Of a stretch of 64,000 nucleotides of DNA, positions 9,159 through 18,319 are shown one piece after another. The translations under genes were made by a program, and so were the position numbers. Positions within the stretch are counted from its first letter, which is position 1. Every line of letters starts with the position of its first letter. Location: contig JAGLLT010000039.1 of NCBI GenBank assembly GCA_023140385.1, positions 34,381 through 98,380 of the forward strand. Direction: 5' to 3'. This DNA comes from Candidatus Omnitrophota bacterium. GTDB lineage: Bacteria > Omnitrophota > Gorgyraeia > JAGLLT01. Below the pieces are notes generated by a model. The model did not search any database. It was not told the DNA's origin and worked only from the letters and a program-made list of their open reading frames with translations.

Positions 9159-9557
9159 ATGAGAAAAAGTAAGGGTTTTACGCTTTTAGAGATTGTGATT
9201 GCCCTGGCCATTCTGGTGATAGGTTTGGTTGGTATTTTGAGCCTCTTTCCGGTAGGTTTTCAGGCCTCCCGCAGAGCCTGTATGCTGACAGAGGCCACCA
9301 TTCATGCTCAGCAGGAGATAGAGAATTTTAAGCGGTTGGGGTATAGTCATCTTGATACAACTTTTACTGATGGGGCAGCTTCTAAGGTTGACGGGACGGC
9401 TGGTTGGACTGACTTTGGCGATGGTATTGAGTGTCAAGTTACTGTTACAGAGATAAACCCGCCCGGCGGCCTCAAAAGCGTTGAAGTTGAAATTCGATGG
9501 AAGGAGAAAGGAAGCTTTAAAAGTGAGACATTTATTACGTATATTGCCGAAAAATAA
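9159..9557 (+). CDS. GspI/PilV-like minor pseudopilin
   Basis: G|FTLLEIVIALAIL, A..HAQQEIE, LKSVEVEIRW; AGGAGG RBS. Confidence 0.82.
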   Translation: MRKSKGFTLLEIVIALAILVIGLVGILSLFPVGFQASRRACMLTEATIHAQQEIENFKRLGYSHLDTTFTDGAASKVDGTAGWTDFGDGIECQVTVTEINPPGGLKSVEVEIRWKEKGSFKSETFITYIAEK

Positions 9558-10143
9558 AAAAGGCTTTACCTTAATTGAAGTTTTAATAGCCAGCGTCATT
9601 CTGGTGATAGTGATGGGAAGCATGACTTTGGTATTTATCGAAGCCAACCGCGCCTGGACCCAGAGTGAGGCCAAACTGCAGGTTTATCAAAACGCCAGGG
9701 AAGCCCTCAGTCGGATGACAAGAGAACTGGCCTGCGCCTATCAGAGTTCATCGTCTACTACTCTGGAGAAGTTTAACTGGGATGATAGCCAGAAAAAGCT
9801 TGCTTTTACCGCCGCCTTTAATGTTGTTTATGACACCGATGAGTACGATTTAACTAAATTAGGCTACTGGCTTGACACTACGACTATGACACTGAAGAGA
9901 TATAAGAAGGATTATGGCGGCGGCGGCGGCGGAACGTGGAACCCGATAGCGGAAAATATTAAAACTTTAGCTTTCAAATATTACGATCATAAATTAGATA
10001 TTTGGGTCAGCGTTTGGGATCCTGCTGGTGCTACTCCCAGAGATTATTTGCCCAGGGCGGTTGAGATTACCATAACTGCCGAAGATAAACAGGGAAGGTT
10101 TACCAGAACTTTCGTAGATACAGTTTATATACCGATGTCTTAA
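9544..10143 (+). CDS. GspJ/PilW-like minor pseudopilin
   Basis: G|FTLIEVLIA, NAREALSRMTRELACA, LPRAVEITI; probable TTG start at 9544 (ORF track starts at 9481). Confidence 0.82.
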   Translation: MPKNKKGFTLIEVLIASVILVIVMGSMTLVFIEANRAWTQSEAKLQVYQNAREALSRMTRELACAYQSSSSTTLEKFNWDDSQKKLAFTAAFNVVYDTDEYDLTKLGYWLDTTTMTLKRYKKDYGGGGGGTWNPIAENIKTLAFKYYDHKLDIWVSVWDPAGATPRDYLPRAVEITITAEDKQGRFTRTFVDTVYIPMS

Positions 10144-10231
10144 TTTAATTTTCCCATTAGCGTGAAAGAAAGCCCCGAAGCCGCTCTTCCTTAGCTTAAG
10201 CAGGCCGGTAAAAAAAATTAATTAAAAGTTG

Positions 10232-10260
10232 TTGATTAAATATAGAAGGTGTTGTACAAT
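10232..10260 (+). promoter_or_regulatory. Sigma70-type promoter for the pilM module
   Basis: TTGATT-17 bp-TACAAT. Confidence 0.5.
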
Positions 10261-10309
10261 ATTACGGCGGGATTTGACTAACTTGAACTTTTAATAAACT
10301 GGTATATTT

Positions 10310-11965
10310 ATGGCAACGATAAAAAATTTAATCGGATTAGATATAGGCGGCAGCTCTGTCAAGCTTGTTAAATTTAAAAAAGTAAGAAATAAAATTCAGC
10401 TGGAAAAAGCCAGGGCTATAGAGCTAAAAGACGCGAAGTCTCTTCCCGCGGCCATAGCCGCTTTATTGAAAAGCGAAAAGATTCACACCTCAAAAGTTGC
10501 CGTATCCATTTCCGGCCAGTCAGTTTTTACGCGCTATGTTAAACTGCCAAAAATTTCCCAGAAAAAAATTGAGCAGGTAGTAAAATATGAAGCTCAGCAG
10601 CAAATTCCTTTTCCCATAGACAAGGTTATCTGGGATTATCAACTATTCGAAAATTCAAAGTCTCCTCAGTTAGAGGTCTTTCTTTCCGCTGTAAAGAAAG
10701 ATATTATTGACAACATCTACCGCCAGGTTTCTCAGGTTAAAGGCCTGGATGTTGTTTCTATGCAGGCGGCTCCCGTCGCTCTTTACAACATACTTAAGTT
10801 TAGCGGTGAAGTTAAAAATGACGCTATCATTCTTGACTTTGGGGCGAAAATAACCAATGTTGTTATTGCCAAGGGCAAGCAGATATGGATTAGAAGTATT
10901 CCTATAGGCGGTGATGATTTAACAAAAGCCATAAGTAAGCAGATGAAGACGGGGCCTGAGCAGGCAGAGGCCATGAAGAGAAAAGAAGGCATTATCCTTG
11001 CCGGAGCTACGGGGGATGAAGAGTTGACCCCGAGGTCTGATCTTATTTCCAAGGCTATCAGCCCCGTACTTACAGACCTGTTAGCGGAAATTATGCGCTC
11101 TATCAGTTATTATAAGTCTCAGTTTGATAAAACGGCCGCTTTTCAGGAGATTCTTCTGACGGGGGGCGCTTCAAAGATTATGTGCGTCGAGAGATTTTTT
11201 GAGCAAAACTTAAAAATTAAAACCCGCAAAGTTAATCTCTTAAAAGGCTTTGTTGTCAACAAATACATGAAGGCAAACCTTGATGTCATAGAGGACAGGC
11301 TGGGAGTGGCCATGGGGCTGGGGCTGCCAGCCGTCCAAACACCTGTCATAGAGATTAACCTGATATCCAGAGAACAAAGAAAGCTGAAGGAGTTCGGCAA
11401 GAAAGAGTTTTACATAATTGCCTCTGAGATTGTGCTTTTGGGCATTTTTCTGATGTTATCTTTTTTCTGCTCTCAGTCGAAAGAGTTAAGCCAAAGAAAC
11501 CTGCTGGCCATAACCGGCGAGATGGATAAGTACCGCGGAAATCAACGCTCCGTTTACGCGCTTCACGATCAAAACAAAGATGTTGAGGCAAAGCTGGATT
11601 TTCTCGGCGGCCTTATTTACCGAAAGAGGTTCTGGCTTGATGTAATAGCCGAAATAAACGCTATTGTGCCTAAAGAAGCCTGGTTGACAAAGTTAACCAC
11701 TGATCTCAGCCGGGAAGCAATAATTATTGAAGGAAAAACAACGGGGCCGTTTGATACCGTTAAAAGCATAAAAGAAAATTTGTTAAAATTAAATTATTTT
11801 TCTGAGGTGGAAACACTCAGGGCGGACCGCCCCTCCCCTCAGGAAGAGGAAGAGTTAGAAGAGTATAATATTATATTTACATTGAAGTTAAAATTGAAGA
11901 AACCCTCCCCGGCTTATTATGATAGAGAGAAAGAAGATCTGATTGAAAGGCATATGGTGAAATGA
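10310..11965 (+). CDS. pilM: PilM-PilN fusion (Amuc_1101-like)
   Basis: IGLDIG actin-like motif, YEAQQQIPF, LDFGA, GGDDLT, LTGG; then INL + TM + PilN-type IVPKEAWLT..IIIEG. Confidence 0.88.
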   Translation: MATIKNLIGLDIGGSSVKLVKFKKVRNKIQLEKARAIELKDAKSLPAAIAALLKSEKIHTSKVAVSISGQSVFTRYVKLPKISQKKIEQVVKYEAQQQIPFPIDKVIWDYQLFENSKSPQLEVFLSAVKKDIIDNIYRQVSQVKGLDVVSMQAAPVALYNILKFSGEVKNDAIILDFGAKITNVVIAKGKQIWIRSIPIGGDDLTKAISKQMKTGPEQAEAMKRKEGIILAGATGDEELTPRSDLISKAISPVLTDLLAEIMRSISYYKSQFDKTAAFQEILLTGGASKIMCVERFFEQNLKIKTRKVNLLKGFVVNKYMKANLDVIEDRLGVAMGLGLPAVQTPVIEINLISREQRKLKEFGKKEFYIIASEIVLLGIFLMLSFFCSQSKELSQRNLLAITGEMDKYRGNQRSVYALHDQNKDVEAKLDFLGGLIYRKRFWLDVIAEINAIVPKEAWLTKLTTDLSREAIIIEGKTTGPFDTVKSIKENLLKLNYFSEVETLRADRPSPQEEEELEEYNIIFTLKLKLKKPSPAYYDREKEDLIERHMVK

Positions 11966-12744
11966 ATTTCTATATAAAACTGCTAAAAAAGAATTTGTTT
12001 GCCTTTATTTTTATGGGTGTACTTTTAATAGCTATTATTATTTCAGCCGGTGTTTTTACGGCGCTTCTGGCCGGCAAGGCTGGTGTTGAAAATAAGGTTA
12101 AAGGAGAGTTGGTTCTCCGAGAGAACCTTACGATGGCAAAGAAAGACGCTCCTACTCTTGAGTGGATTAGCTACCTGACGAAAAAGAATGAGGCGCTTGA
12201 TAAAATATATAACGGCCTTATGGAAAAAATTGACGGGCCGGCCGTAAAGATGCCCGTGGAAGTGATGGAGTCCTTAAAGTTTAAGGAAAAGATATTTGAA
12301 GTTCAAAAAGATCTTAGAAAAGAGGCCGCCGGCAAACAGTTGGAGTTTAAAGATAAGGCTGTATTCTTAGGTTTTAAAGAGTATGAAACCAAGATTCCGC
12401 GTGATAAAGAGGTTCCAAACCTGACTAAACAGCTGGAGATCATAGAAGAGTTGATATCATTGATGTTTGAAAGCGAAATTGAAACCATTGAAGATATCGA
12501 ACTTCTTAAGTTTAATGATGGAGCCATTAAGGAAAAGAAAGATGAATTTAGGTACCGGGTCTTTCCTGTAAGGCTGGAGATTACTTCAAGCGTTAAAAAT
12601 CTGGCCTGGTTTTTCTTCAGGCTGTCTGAGTCGGACTTTATTTTTATGCCGGAGGAGCTAAAGATAGACTCTATGCCGGACTTAAAAGATAGAGTTAAGG
12701 GTAATTTTGTTATTTCCACTATTATTTTTTTGACAGACAATTAA
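11962..12744 (+). CDS. PilO-like / Amuc_1100-family pilus protein
   Basis: N-terminal TM, coiled coil, FLGFKEY..IP...VPNLTKQLEII, PVRLEITSS..LAWFF; follows pilMN. Confidence 0.7.
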   Translation: MNFYIKLLKKNLFAFIFMGVLLIAIIISAGVFTALLAGKAGVENKVKGELVLRENLTMAKKDAPTLEWISYLTKKNEALDKIYNGLMEKIDGPAVKMPVEVMESLKFKEKIFEVQKDLRKEAAGKQLEFKDKAVFLGFKEYETKIPRDKEVPNLTKQLEIIEELISLMFESEIETIEDIELLKFNDGAIKEKKDEFRYRVFPVRLEITSSVKNLAWFFFRLSESDFIFMPEELKIDSMPDLKDRVKGNFVISTIIFLTDN

Positions 12745-12756
12745 CCGGTAGGGCGA

Positions 12757-13458
12757 ATGGAAAAAAATTTTATTGTGAATAATATAGAGAAAATTGTTTT
12801 TTTTCTGCTTTTTATCGCGGCGGCAGCGCTCTTCGGAGGCTATCAAAAAGGACTTTATCTAAAGGGTATTGATGTTCAAAAAAAGCTTGCGGGCTACAAA
12901 TTTATACCGCCGCCTACAAGCATAGAGGGCATAGACACGCATAAAGAAACTATTGTGGAGCTAAGCAAGACCGCTTCTTTCTCCGACTACGAAGCTTGTT
13001 TTGAGAGGCAGGCGTTTAGTAAGTTTTTCATTCCTCCTCCGGTGGTGCCGCTCTTTGAGTATGAAAGCTGTAGTCCCGTTTATATGGATATAGTCTATAA
13101 AGGCTATATACAGTCATTAGCCGGAGTAGTGGGACAGATTAAAGTTGATAAAAGAAGTTACTTTGTGAGGGAGAAGGAGCGGATTGCTGACTACACGGTT
13201 GTAAAGATCAGAAAAGACTACGCGGTAGTTGAGAATACCGCGGGTAAAGAAATCAGATTGCCCCTTAGAGAAAGAATTTTAGGGGATGATTATCAGGCAG
13301 TTTTGTTTGTAACCGGGACAGGGGAAACAGTTAACGTCAAAAGAGGGGATGTTATAGAAAACTTCAAAGTACTTGACATTACACCTACTTGTGTGGTATT
13401 ATACAATGAAGGTACCCACCAACGCCTGGTTATTAAGCTGGAAGCGGGAAAGCAGTAG
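12757..13458 (+). CDS. Membrane-anchored pilus accessory protein in the PilP/GspC position (Amuc_1099-like position)
   Basis: N-terminal TM, Pro-rich linker, two beta-rich repeats (YFVREKERIADYTVVKI; VKRGDVIENFKVLDI) resembling PilP/GspC HR folds. Confidence 0.55.
   Translation: MEKNFIVNNIEKIVFFLLFIAAAALFGGYQKGLYLKGIDVQKKLAGYKFIPPPTSIEGIDTHKETIVELSKTASFSDYEACFERQAFSKFFIPPPVVPLFEYESCSPVYMDIVYKGYIQSLAGVVGQIKVDKRSYFVREKERIADYTVVKIRKDYAVVENTAGKEIRLPLRERILGDDYQAVLFVTGTGETVNVKRGDVIENFKVLDITPTCVVLYNEGTHQRLVIKLEAGKQ
13373..13402 (+). promoter_or_regulatory. Internal promoter upstream of the secretin genes
   Basis: TTGACA-18 bp-TATTAT with TGn, inside the 3' end of the upstream CDS. Confidence 0.5.
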
Positions 13459-13515
13459 ATCGGGCGCTTGCAGTTTAATAAATTATTAGAGAAATATAAA
13501 AAAGGAGTTTTTATA

Positions 13516-14622
13516 ATGCTCAGGATTAGAGTCTTATTTGTTTTGACAATAGTGAGTTTGATTGCAGTTTTAACTGTACGTGGTACTGCTTACGGTGAAG
13601 TAAAGGGTAAAGCTGAAGATCTTGCCAAAAAATTAGCCGAACGTAAACAGCTGCGTCGGGAAGAAAGCGAAATCCTTGTTGAAGGCAGGACCCAAAGGGG
13701 CATATACTACTTCAATAAAGGCTATTATCATGAGGCCATTCAGCAGTTTCACCTTGTGCTTGAGATGTCACCGGATAATAAAAAGGCAAAAAGCTACCTC
13801 AACAAAGCTATAGATAAACTGCAAATCGCCGCAAAAAAGCACTACAATAAGGGAAAGGCTTATTATAACAAAGGCTATATGCAAAAATGTATCGATGAGA
13901 TGTCTTTAATCCCTGAGGGGTACCCCTATTACGCGGAGGCCCGAGAGTACATTATAAATGCCCGGGAGGTGTTAACCGGCGGCAAGGTTTACGGAATAGA
14001 GAGTCCCAAAGCCGGAACTCAGCACGTTAAGGATGAAATGAAGCGGATGACAAAAGATAAAGAGCTGGTGATGCTGAGAAAAAAGGCTCATGAGCAGAAG
14101 CTAATGATGGACGTAGAAAGGTCATATCTGCCTCCTGAGAGGCGGGAGGAGATAGAAGAAGACGATGAGATAACACCGGAGGAGATTGCTGAAAGGAAGA
14201 AAGAGGAGGCTGAGGAGAGGCTAAGGGTTAAGATGAACAAAAATATAGTACCGGCGTTAAGTTTGAGCGATGCCGATATCCGCGACGTTATAAGAGAGCT
14301 TGTCAAACTGACAGGAGTCAATATTATACTTAACGAAGGCGCGCTGAAGGAGGCGTCCGGTGGAGAAACGCTTAGCATATCTTTTACTACCGTTACTCCA
14401 ATGGCCCTTTTGGATCTGCTTGATATCGCCCTTAAAACAACGAACTTAGCTTATAAGGTAGAGCCGTCGTATATATGGATTTCAGACAAGACTTCTATTG
14501 CCGAGGAAAAGATGGTTACTCGTACATATAAACTGAAGTACGGTGTACGAAGTATTCGTGATGTCGGCTTGATTCAGTTTGACGGCGGCGATGAAGAGAT
14601 TGAAGAGGACGAAGATTTTTAA
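13516..14622 (+). CDS. Secretin N-terminal module: signal peptide, TPR repeats, STN/N0-like domain, acidic tail
   Basis: ATG after AAAGGAG; TPR helices (GIYYFNKGYYHEAIQQF..PDNKKA); LSLSDADIRDVIRELVKLTGVNIILN..LLDLLDIALK..LAYKVEPSYIWI; ends MVTRTYKLKYG plus D/E tail. Confidence 0.72.
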   Translation: MLRIRVLFVLTIVSLIAVLTVRGTAYGEVKGKAEDLAKKLAERKQLRREESEILVEGRTQRGIYYFNKGYYHEAIQQFHLVLEMSPDNKKAKSYLNKAIDKLQIAAKKHYNKGKAYYNKGYMQKCIDEMSLIPEGYPYYAEAREYIINAREVLTGGKVYGIESPKAGTQHVKDEMKRMTKDKELVMLRKKAHEQKLMMDVERSYLPPERREEIEEDDEITPEEIAERKKEEAEERLRVKMNKNIVPALSLSDADIRDVIRELVKLTGVNIILNEGALKEASGGETLSISFTTVTPMALLDLLDIALKTTNLAYKVEPSYIWISDKTSIAEEKMVTRTYKLKYGVRSIRDVGLIQFDGGDEEIEEDEDF

Positions 14623-14664
14623 ATTCAGCTATTATCAACCAAAACAACCTGTAGAGTGCAAGCT

Positions 14665-15858
14665 ATGATAAAAAGAATTACTATTTGCGTTTTTCTAAGC
14701 ATCCTGGCCATAAATTCACTGTCTTTTGCCGAAGATAGTATGACCATTAAAGAGTATCTGGAGGAAGCGCTCCCGCTTCAAAAAGACAGAAAGATAGTCT
14801 TGGACAGGACTACCGGTATTCTCACCATAACAGATACCCCGACTAACCACAAGTTAATCAGGAAGCTTATCAAAGAGTTTGATGTCGGCCCTTCACAGGT
14901 TATGATTGAAGCCAGGTTCGTGGAGGTGAAGGTGAGTAACCTGGAGGAGTTAGGGGCAGAGTTTTACTGGTATCAGGCGGGTGAGCCGGAGAATGATAAG
15001 ATACTTGAAGGTTTGTCAGTGGGAGACGCGGCGCAGATTACTGATGATTTTGGTTATAGTGATCCTACTTATTACGCGACTACTCTCGATGGTATACAGT
15101 GGGGAAGGGCAGATGACTACGGAGAATATCAGCATTTTCCTCAATCGGGCTATGGAATGGACTTTTTTATCGGCAAGACAGGCTATCACGGTAACTACTT
15201 GAGGGCTTATATCCACGCGCTGGAGCAAAAAGGCAAGGCCAATACGCTCTCAGCGCCCAAGATAGCCACCCTCTCCGGACAGATGGCCAGTATGGAGGTA
15301 AGCCGGGTGTTTCCTTATGTCAGCGAGGTAGAGTTGGAGAACTTGGGGACGGCCGATCACCCTATCTGGTGCCTTAAAAAGACGGTAGAGGAGAAAATGA
15401 TGGGTATCTCGCTTGAGGTGACGCCGTATGTCGCCAAAGGCAGTAAATATATCACCCTTGACCTTCACCCCGAGGTTAACGTTATGCTTGATCAGAAGTC
15501 CATCAGGCCGCCAGTTACCACAAGCTACCTTACTTATTATTGGCATGGGAGTGACGAAGGTTATGAGCGATATACATATACCAGTACCGTTCCCGGCGTG
15601 CCTGATTCCGTTGGCTGGCCTACGGTTGACACCCGCTCTACCCAGACAACTGTGGTTACCAAAAGCGGAAGGACTATTATCTTGGGCGGGATGATAAAGG
15701 AGGAGGAAAAGGTTTACCGTAAAAAGGTACCTTTTTTAGGCAGTATTCCGCTTTTAGGCAACTTGTTTAAGTACAAATATATTGATAAGGAAAAGACAAA
15801 TCTCCTTATCTTTATCACAGCTACTTTAATTACTCCCGAGGGTAAGGAAATAAAATAA
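14665..15858 (+). CDS. Secretin (PilQ/GspD family) barrel paralogue A, with partial N3 and its own signal peptide
   Basis: LTITDTPTNHKLIRKLIKEFD, QVMIEARFVEV, LSAPKIATLSGQ, LEVTP, SGRTIILGGMI, KVPFLGSIPLLGNLF. Confidence 0.9.
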   Translation: MIKRITICVFLSILAINSLSFAEDSMTIKEYLEEALPLQKDRKIVLDRTTGILTITDTPTNHKLIRKLIKEFDVGPSQVMIEARFVEVKVSNLEELGAEFYWYQAGEPENDKILEGLSVGDAAQITDDFGYSDPTYYATTLDGIQWGRADDYGEYQHFPQSGYGMDFFIGKTGYHGNYLRAYIHALEQKGKANTLSAPKIATLSGQMASMEVSRVFPYVSEVELENLGTADHPIWCLKKTVEEKMMGISLEVTPYVAKGSKYITLDLHPEVNVMLDQKSIRPPVTTSYLTYYWHGSDEGYERYTYTSTVPGVPDSVGWPTVDTRSTQTTVVTKSGRTIILGGMIKEEEKVYRKKVPFLGSIPLLGNLFKYKYIDKEKTNLLIFITATLITPEGKEIK

Positions 15859-15859
15859 T

Positions 15860-17023
15860 ATGAAAAAGATAAAGAGTTATCTAATATTAATTTTTTCATT
15901 AAATATACTATTATCCGGCAGCTACTGCGCGGGTGAGACCATAAAGGATTATTTGGAGGAGGTTTTGCCTTATCAGGAGGGCCGAAGGATAGTTATAAAT
16001 ACGGCCACCGGAGTTTTGACTATTACCGACACGCCCACTAATCATAAACTGATTAGAATGCTGATAAAAGAGTGGGATGTCGGGCCGCGTCAGATTTCCA
16101 TTGAGGCTAAATTTATTGAGCTTAGAGAGGGTGTCATTGATGAAATGGGCATTGAGTGGTACGGGACAAGAAGTGATACTCAGTACCAGGTGGGAGTAGA
16201 AAGAAGAAGAAAAAAACATAATTTTTACATTGGTGACGGTCCCCAAAGAGGTACGAATGATGAGGGAACTCCGGTAACGGTTCCGCCTGCTTATGACGAG
16301 AATATCTCCGGCGCCGAAGAGGCCTTTGATTACAGGTATGACGCCTGGGCGTCTCCTCCATGGAGCGGTACAGAGTGGGGCGCGCCCAATCAGCCGGCAG
16401 GTGTTGGTTTGTGGGTAGGCAAAAGTTCTATGTCGGGCAGCGGTTTATTCGGCTACCTGAAGGCTTTGGAGTCGACAAGTAAAGTAAATGTTTTATCCTC
16501 ACCGAGAGTTACCACCCTTTCCGGCCAGATGGCTAATATTGAGTTGGCTGTGACAGCGCCTTACGCTTCTAGTGTAGATTTAACCGATACAGGCAGGTCT
16601 GCGTTTGGCCAGTATGAGACTTATGAAATTGAGGAGAAAAAGACAGGTGTTTTTTTAGAGGTGACGCCTTCGGTTGCCGAAGGCGGCAACATTATTACTC
16701 TTGATCTGCACCCTGAGGTAAGCGAGGTAGTAAGGAAGGTTCCCCTTTCAAGCAGTGATCAGTTTCCTGAGTATCTGGGCTGGCCAATTGTTGATACCCG
16801 CTCTATGCAGACAAGTATTACCATAAGAAGCGGAGAGACGATTGTTATCGGCGGTTTGATGAGGGATGATGAGGTAGTCACGGAAAGAAAGGTTCCTTTT
16901 TTAGGAAATATCCCCATTTTAGGGAATTTATTTAAGTATAAGTTAAAGAGCAGGGAAAAGACAAATCTGGTTATCTTTTTAAAGGCGACTCTGGTATCCG
17001 CGGAGGGTGAGGAGTTAAAGTAA
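15860..17023 (+). CDS. Secretin barrel paralogue B, with partial N3 and its own signal peptide
   Basis: Same motifs: LTITDTPTNH, QISIEAKFIE, LSSPRVTTLSGQ, SGETIVIGGLM, KVPFLGNIPILGNLF. Confidence 0.9.
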   Translation: MKKIKSYLILIFSLNILLSGSYCAGETIKDYLEEVLPYQEGRRIVINTATGVLTITDTPTNHKLIRMLIKEWDVGPRQISIEAKFIELREGVIDEMGIEWYGTRSDTQYQVGVERRRKKHNFYIGDGPQRGTNDEGTPVTVPPAYDENISGAEEAFDYRYDAWASPPWSGTEWGAPNQPAGVGLWVGKSSMSGSGLFGYLKALESTSKVNVLSSPRVTTLSGQMANIELAVTAPYASSVDLTDTGRSAFGQYETYEIEEKKTGVFLEVTPSVAEGGNIITLDLHPEVSEVVRKVPLSSSDQFPEYLGWPIVDTRSMQTSITIRSGETIVIGGLMRDDEVVTERKVPFLGNIPILGNLFKYKLKSREKTNLVIFLKATLVSAEGEELK

Positions 17024-17033
17024 GGTTAAAATT

Positions 17034-17333
17034 ATGAAGAAATTCCAAAAATTTTCAATTGTTATTTTTATATGTATGTTAATATTGCCGCTTTACCCGC
17101 AAGCTGGTTTTGCTCAGAACAAAAAGATTAAACTTACTACCTGTGATTTACACAAGGAGTATACCATTAAAGGAATTGTAGTTTACCGCTCCGGCACGCC
17201 GGATTTAGAGCAGATAAATGAGGAGCTTATAAAACGGGCCGGGAAGCTGAAGGCGGACTGTATTATCGGAGTAAGATATCTTGAGGCCATGGGGTATTTA
17301 TTTGGTTACGGAACTGCCGTTAAGGTGAAATAA
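17034..17333 (+). CDS. Secreted YbjQ-like (heavy-metal-binding domain) small protein
   Basis: Signal peptide; TTCDL..EY.IKGIV, AGKLKADCIIGVR, GYGTAVKV. Confidence 0.65.
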   Translation: MKKFQKFSIVIFICMLILPLYPQAGFAQNKKIKLTTCDLHKEYTIKGIVVYRSGTPDLEQINEELIKRAGKLKADCIIGVRYLEAMGYLFGYGTAVKVK

Positions 17334-17463
17334 TTCCGCGCATAATCGCAATTCTTTTTAAATATCTATTATCCTGACATAAATCTCTGAAATTTTCTAA
17401 AGGTGCCGGTTGAACCGGTATAAATCTTTCCTATAATTATGAATGTCCATAGATAATTATTAA

Positions 17464-18297
17464 ATGATGGCTCTAAAAAAATATCTTGTTGTTCACCTAA
17501 CTGTCTTATTAGCCTGTAGTACGGTTTACGCCTTTGATGACCTTTCTTCCGGCCTAAGCGGCCATTATGCTTCAATGAACTTCTCCGTCCGCGCGACGAC
17601 TGTCGGAAAGGCCAGGGTAATAGGCGAGAAATCAGAAAGGTACTATAAAAGACTCTTAAAAAAATTAAGATACGGCGGTATGCTGAAAAAGAAGTGCCGT
17701 ATCTATATTTATAGTAACCATGAAGCATACATACAGTCTCTGCGTTCTGCCGGCATAAAGATACCGGCGTGGTCGGGAGGATGCCATTTACCGAGAAGGC
17801 ACTATGAGTTCGGATATCCTGTGGTCTGCGGATTTATAGAAAAGAGGCTATTAACCGAGGTTTTACCGCATGAGTTAACGCACGCTATATTCGCGGAATT
17901 TGTGTATGGTAAGAGAATTATAGAAAAACGCCTTTCTCCTTTGCCGCTCTGGATTGATGAAGGTATGGCCGTTTATATGCAGGAGAGGTCTGATTATAAG
18001 CAGGTAGTAAAACAGGCCGTCAGCGAAGGTGGTTATATCAGGTTGAAAGATCTCTTTATATTAAAAAGGTATCCGAAAGATGAAGCAAAGCTAAAGTATT
18101 TTTACGCCCAATCACCCAGCCTGGTTGATTTTTTGCTGAATAAGTATCCGGGCGGTAAGTTTATGTCTTTGGCCAAAAAATCGGTCTTTTCCGCCAAATC
18201 CGATGAAGAGATTTTAACTTCGGTTTATTACGGCAAAATAACAAGCATCAGCCAGATGGAGAAGCTCTGGATAAAGTTCGTTAAAGAGAGATATTAA
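17464..18297 (+). CDS. Secreted zinc metallopeptidase (gluzincin, peptidase MA-like)
   Basis: Signal peptide; WSGG, LPHELTHA, PLWIDEGMAVY, FYAQS. Confidence 0.82.
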   Translation: MMALKKYLVVHLTVLLACSTVYAFDDLSSGLSGHYASMNFSVRATTVGKARVIGEKSERYYKRLLKKLRYGGMLKKKCRIYIYSNHEAYIQSLRSAGIKIPAWSGGCHLPRRHYEFGYPVVCGFIEKRLLTEVLPHELTHAIFAEFVYGKRIIEKRLSPLPLWIDEGMAVYMQERSDYKQVVKQAVSEGGYIRLKDLFILKRYPKDEAKLKYFYAQSPSLVDFLLNKYPGGKFMSLAKKSVFSAKSDEEILTSVYYGKITSISQMEKLWIKFVKERY

Positions 18298-18319
18298 AAT
18301 TTTTGCAAACTGTAGAAAA

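Noticed and set aside
9916-9933. (GGC)5 tract as a phase-variation switch
   Set aside because: A triplet repeat encoding a Gly loop; slippage would keep the frame
14560-14740. Secretin split as a frameshift or pseudogene
   Set aside because: Both barrel paralogues start at the same point with their own signal peptides, and the N-module ends in a coherent acidic tail
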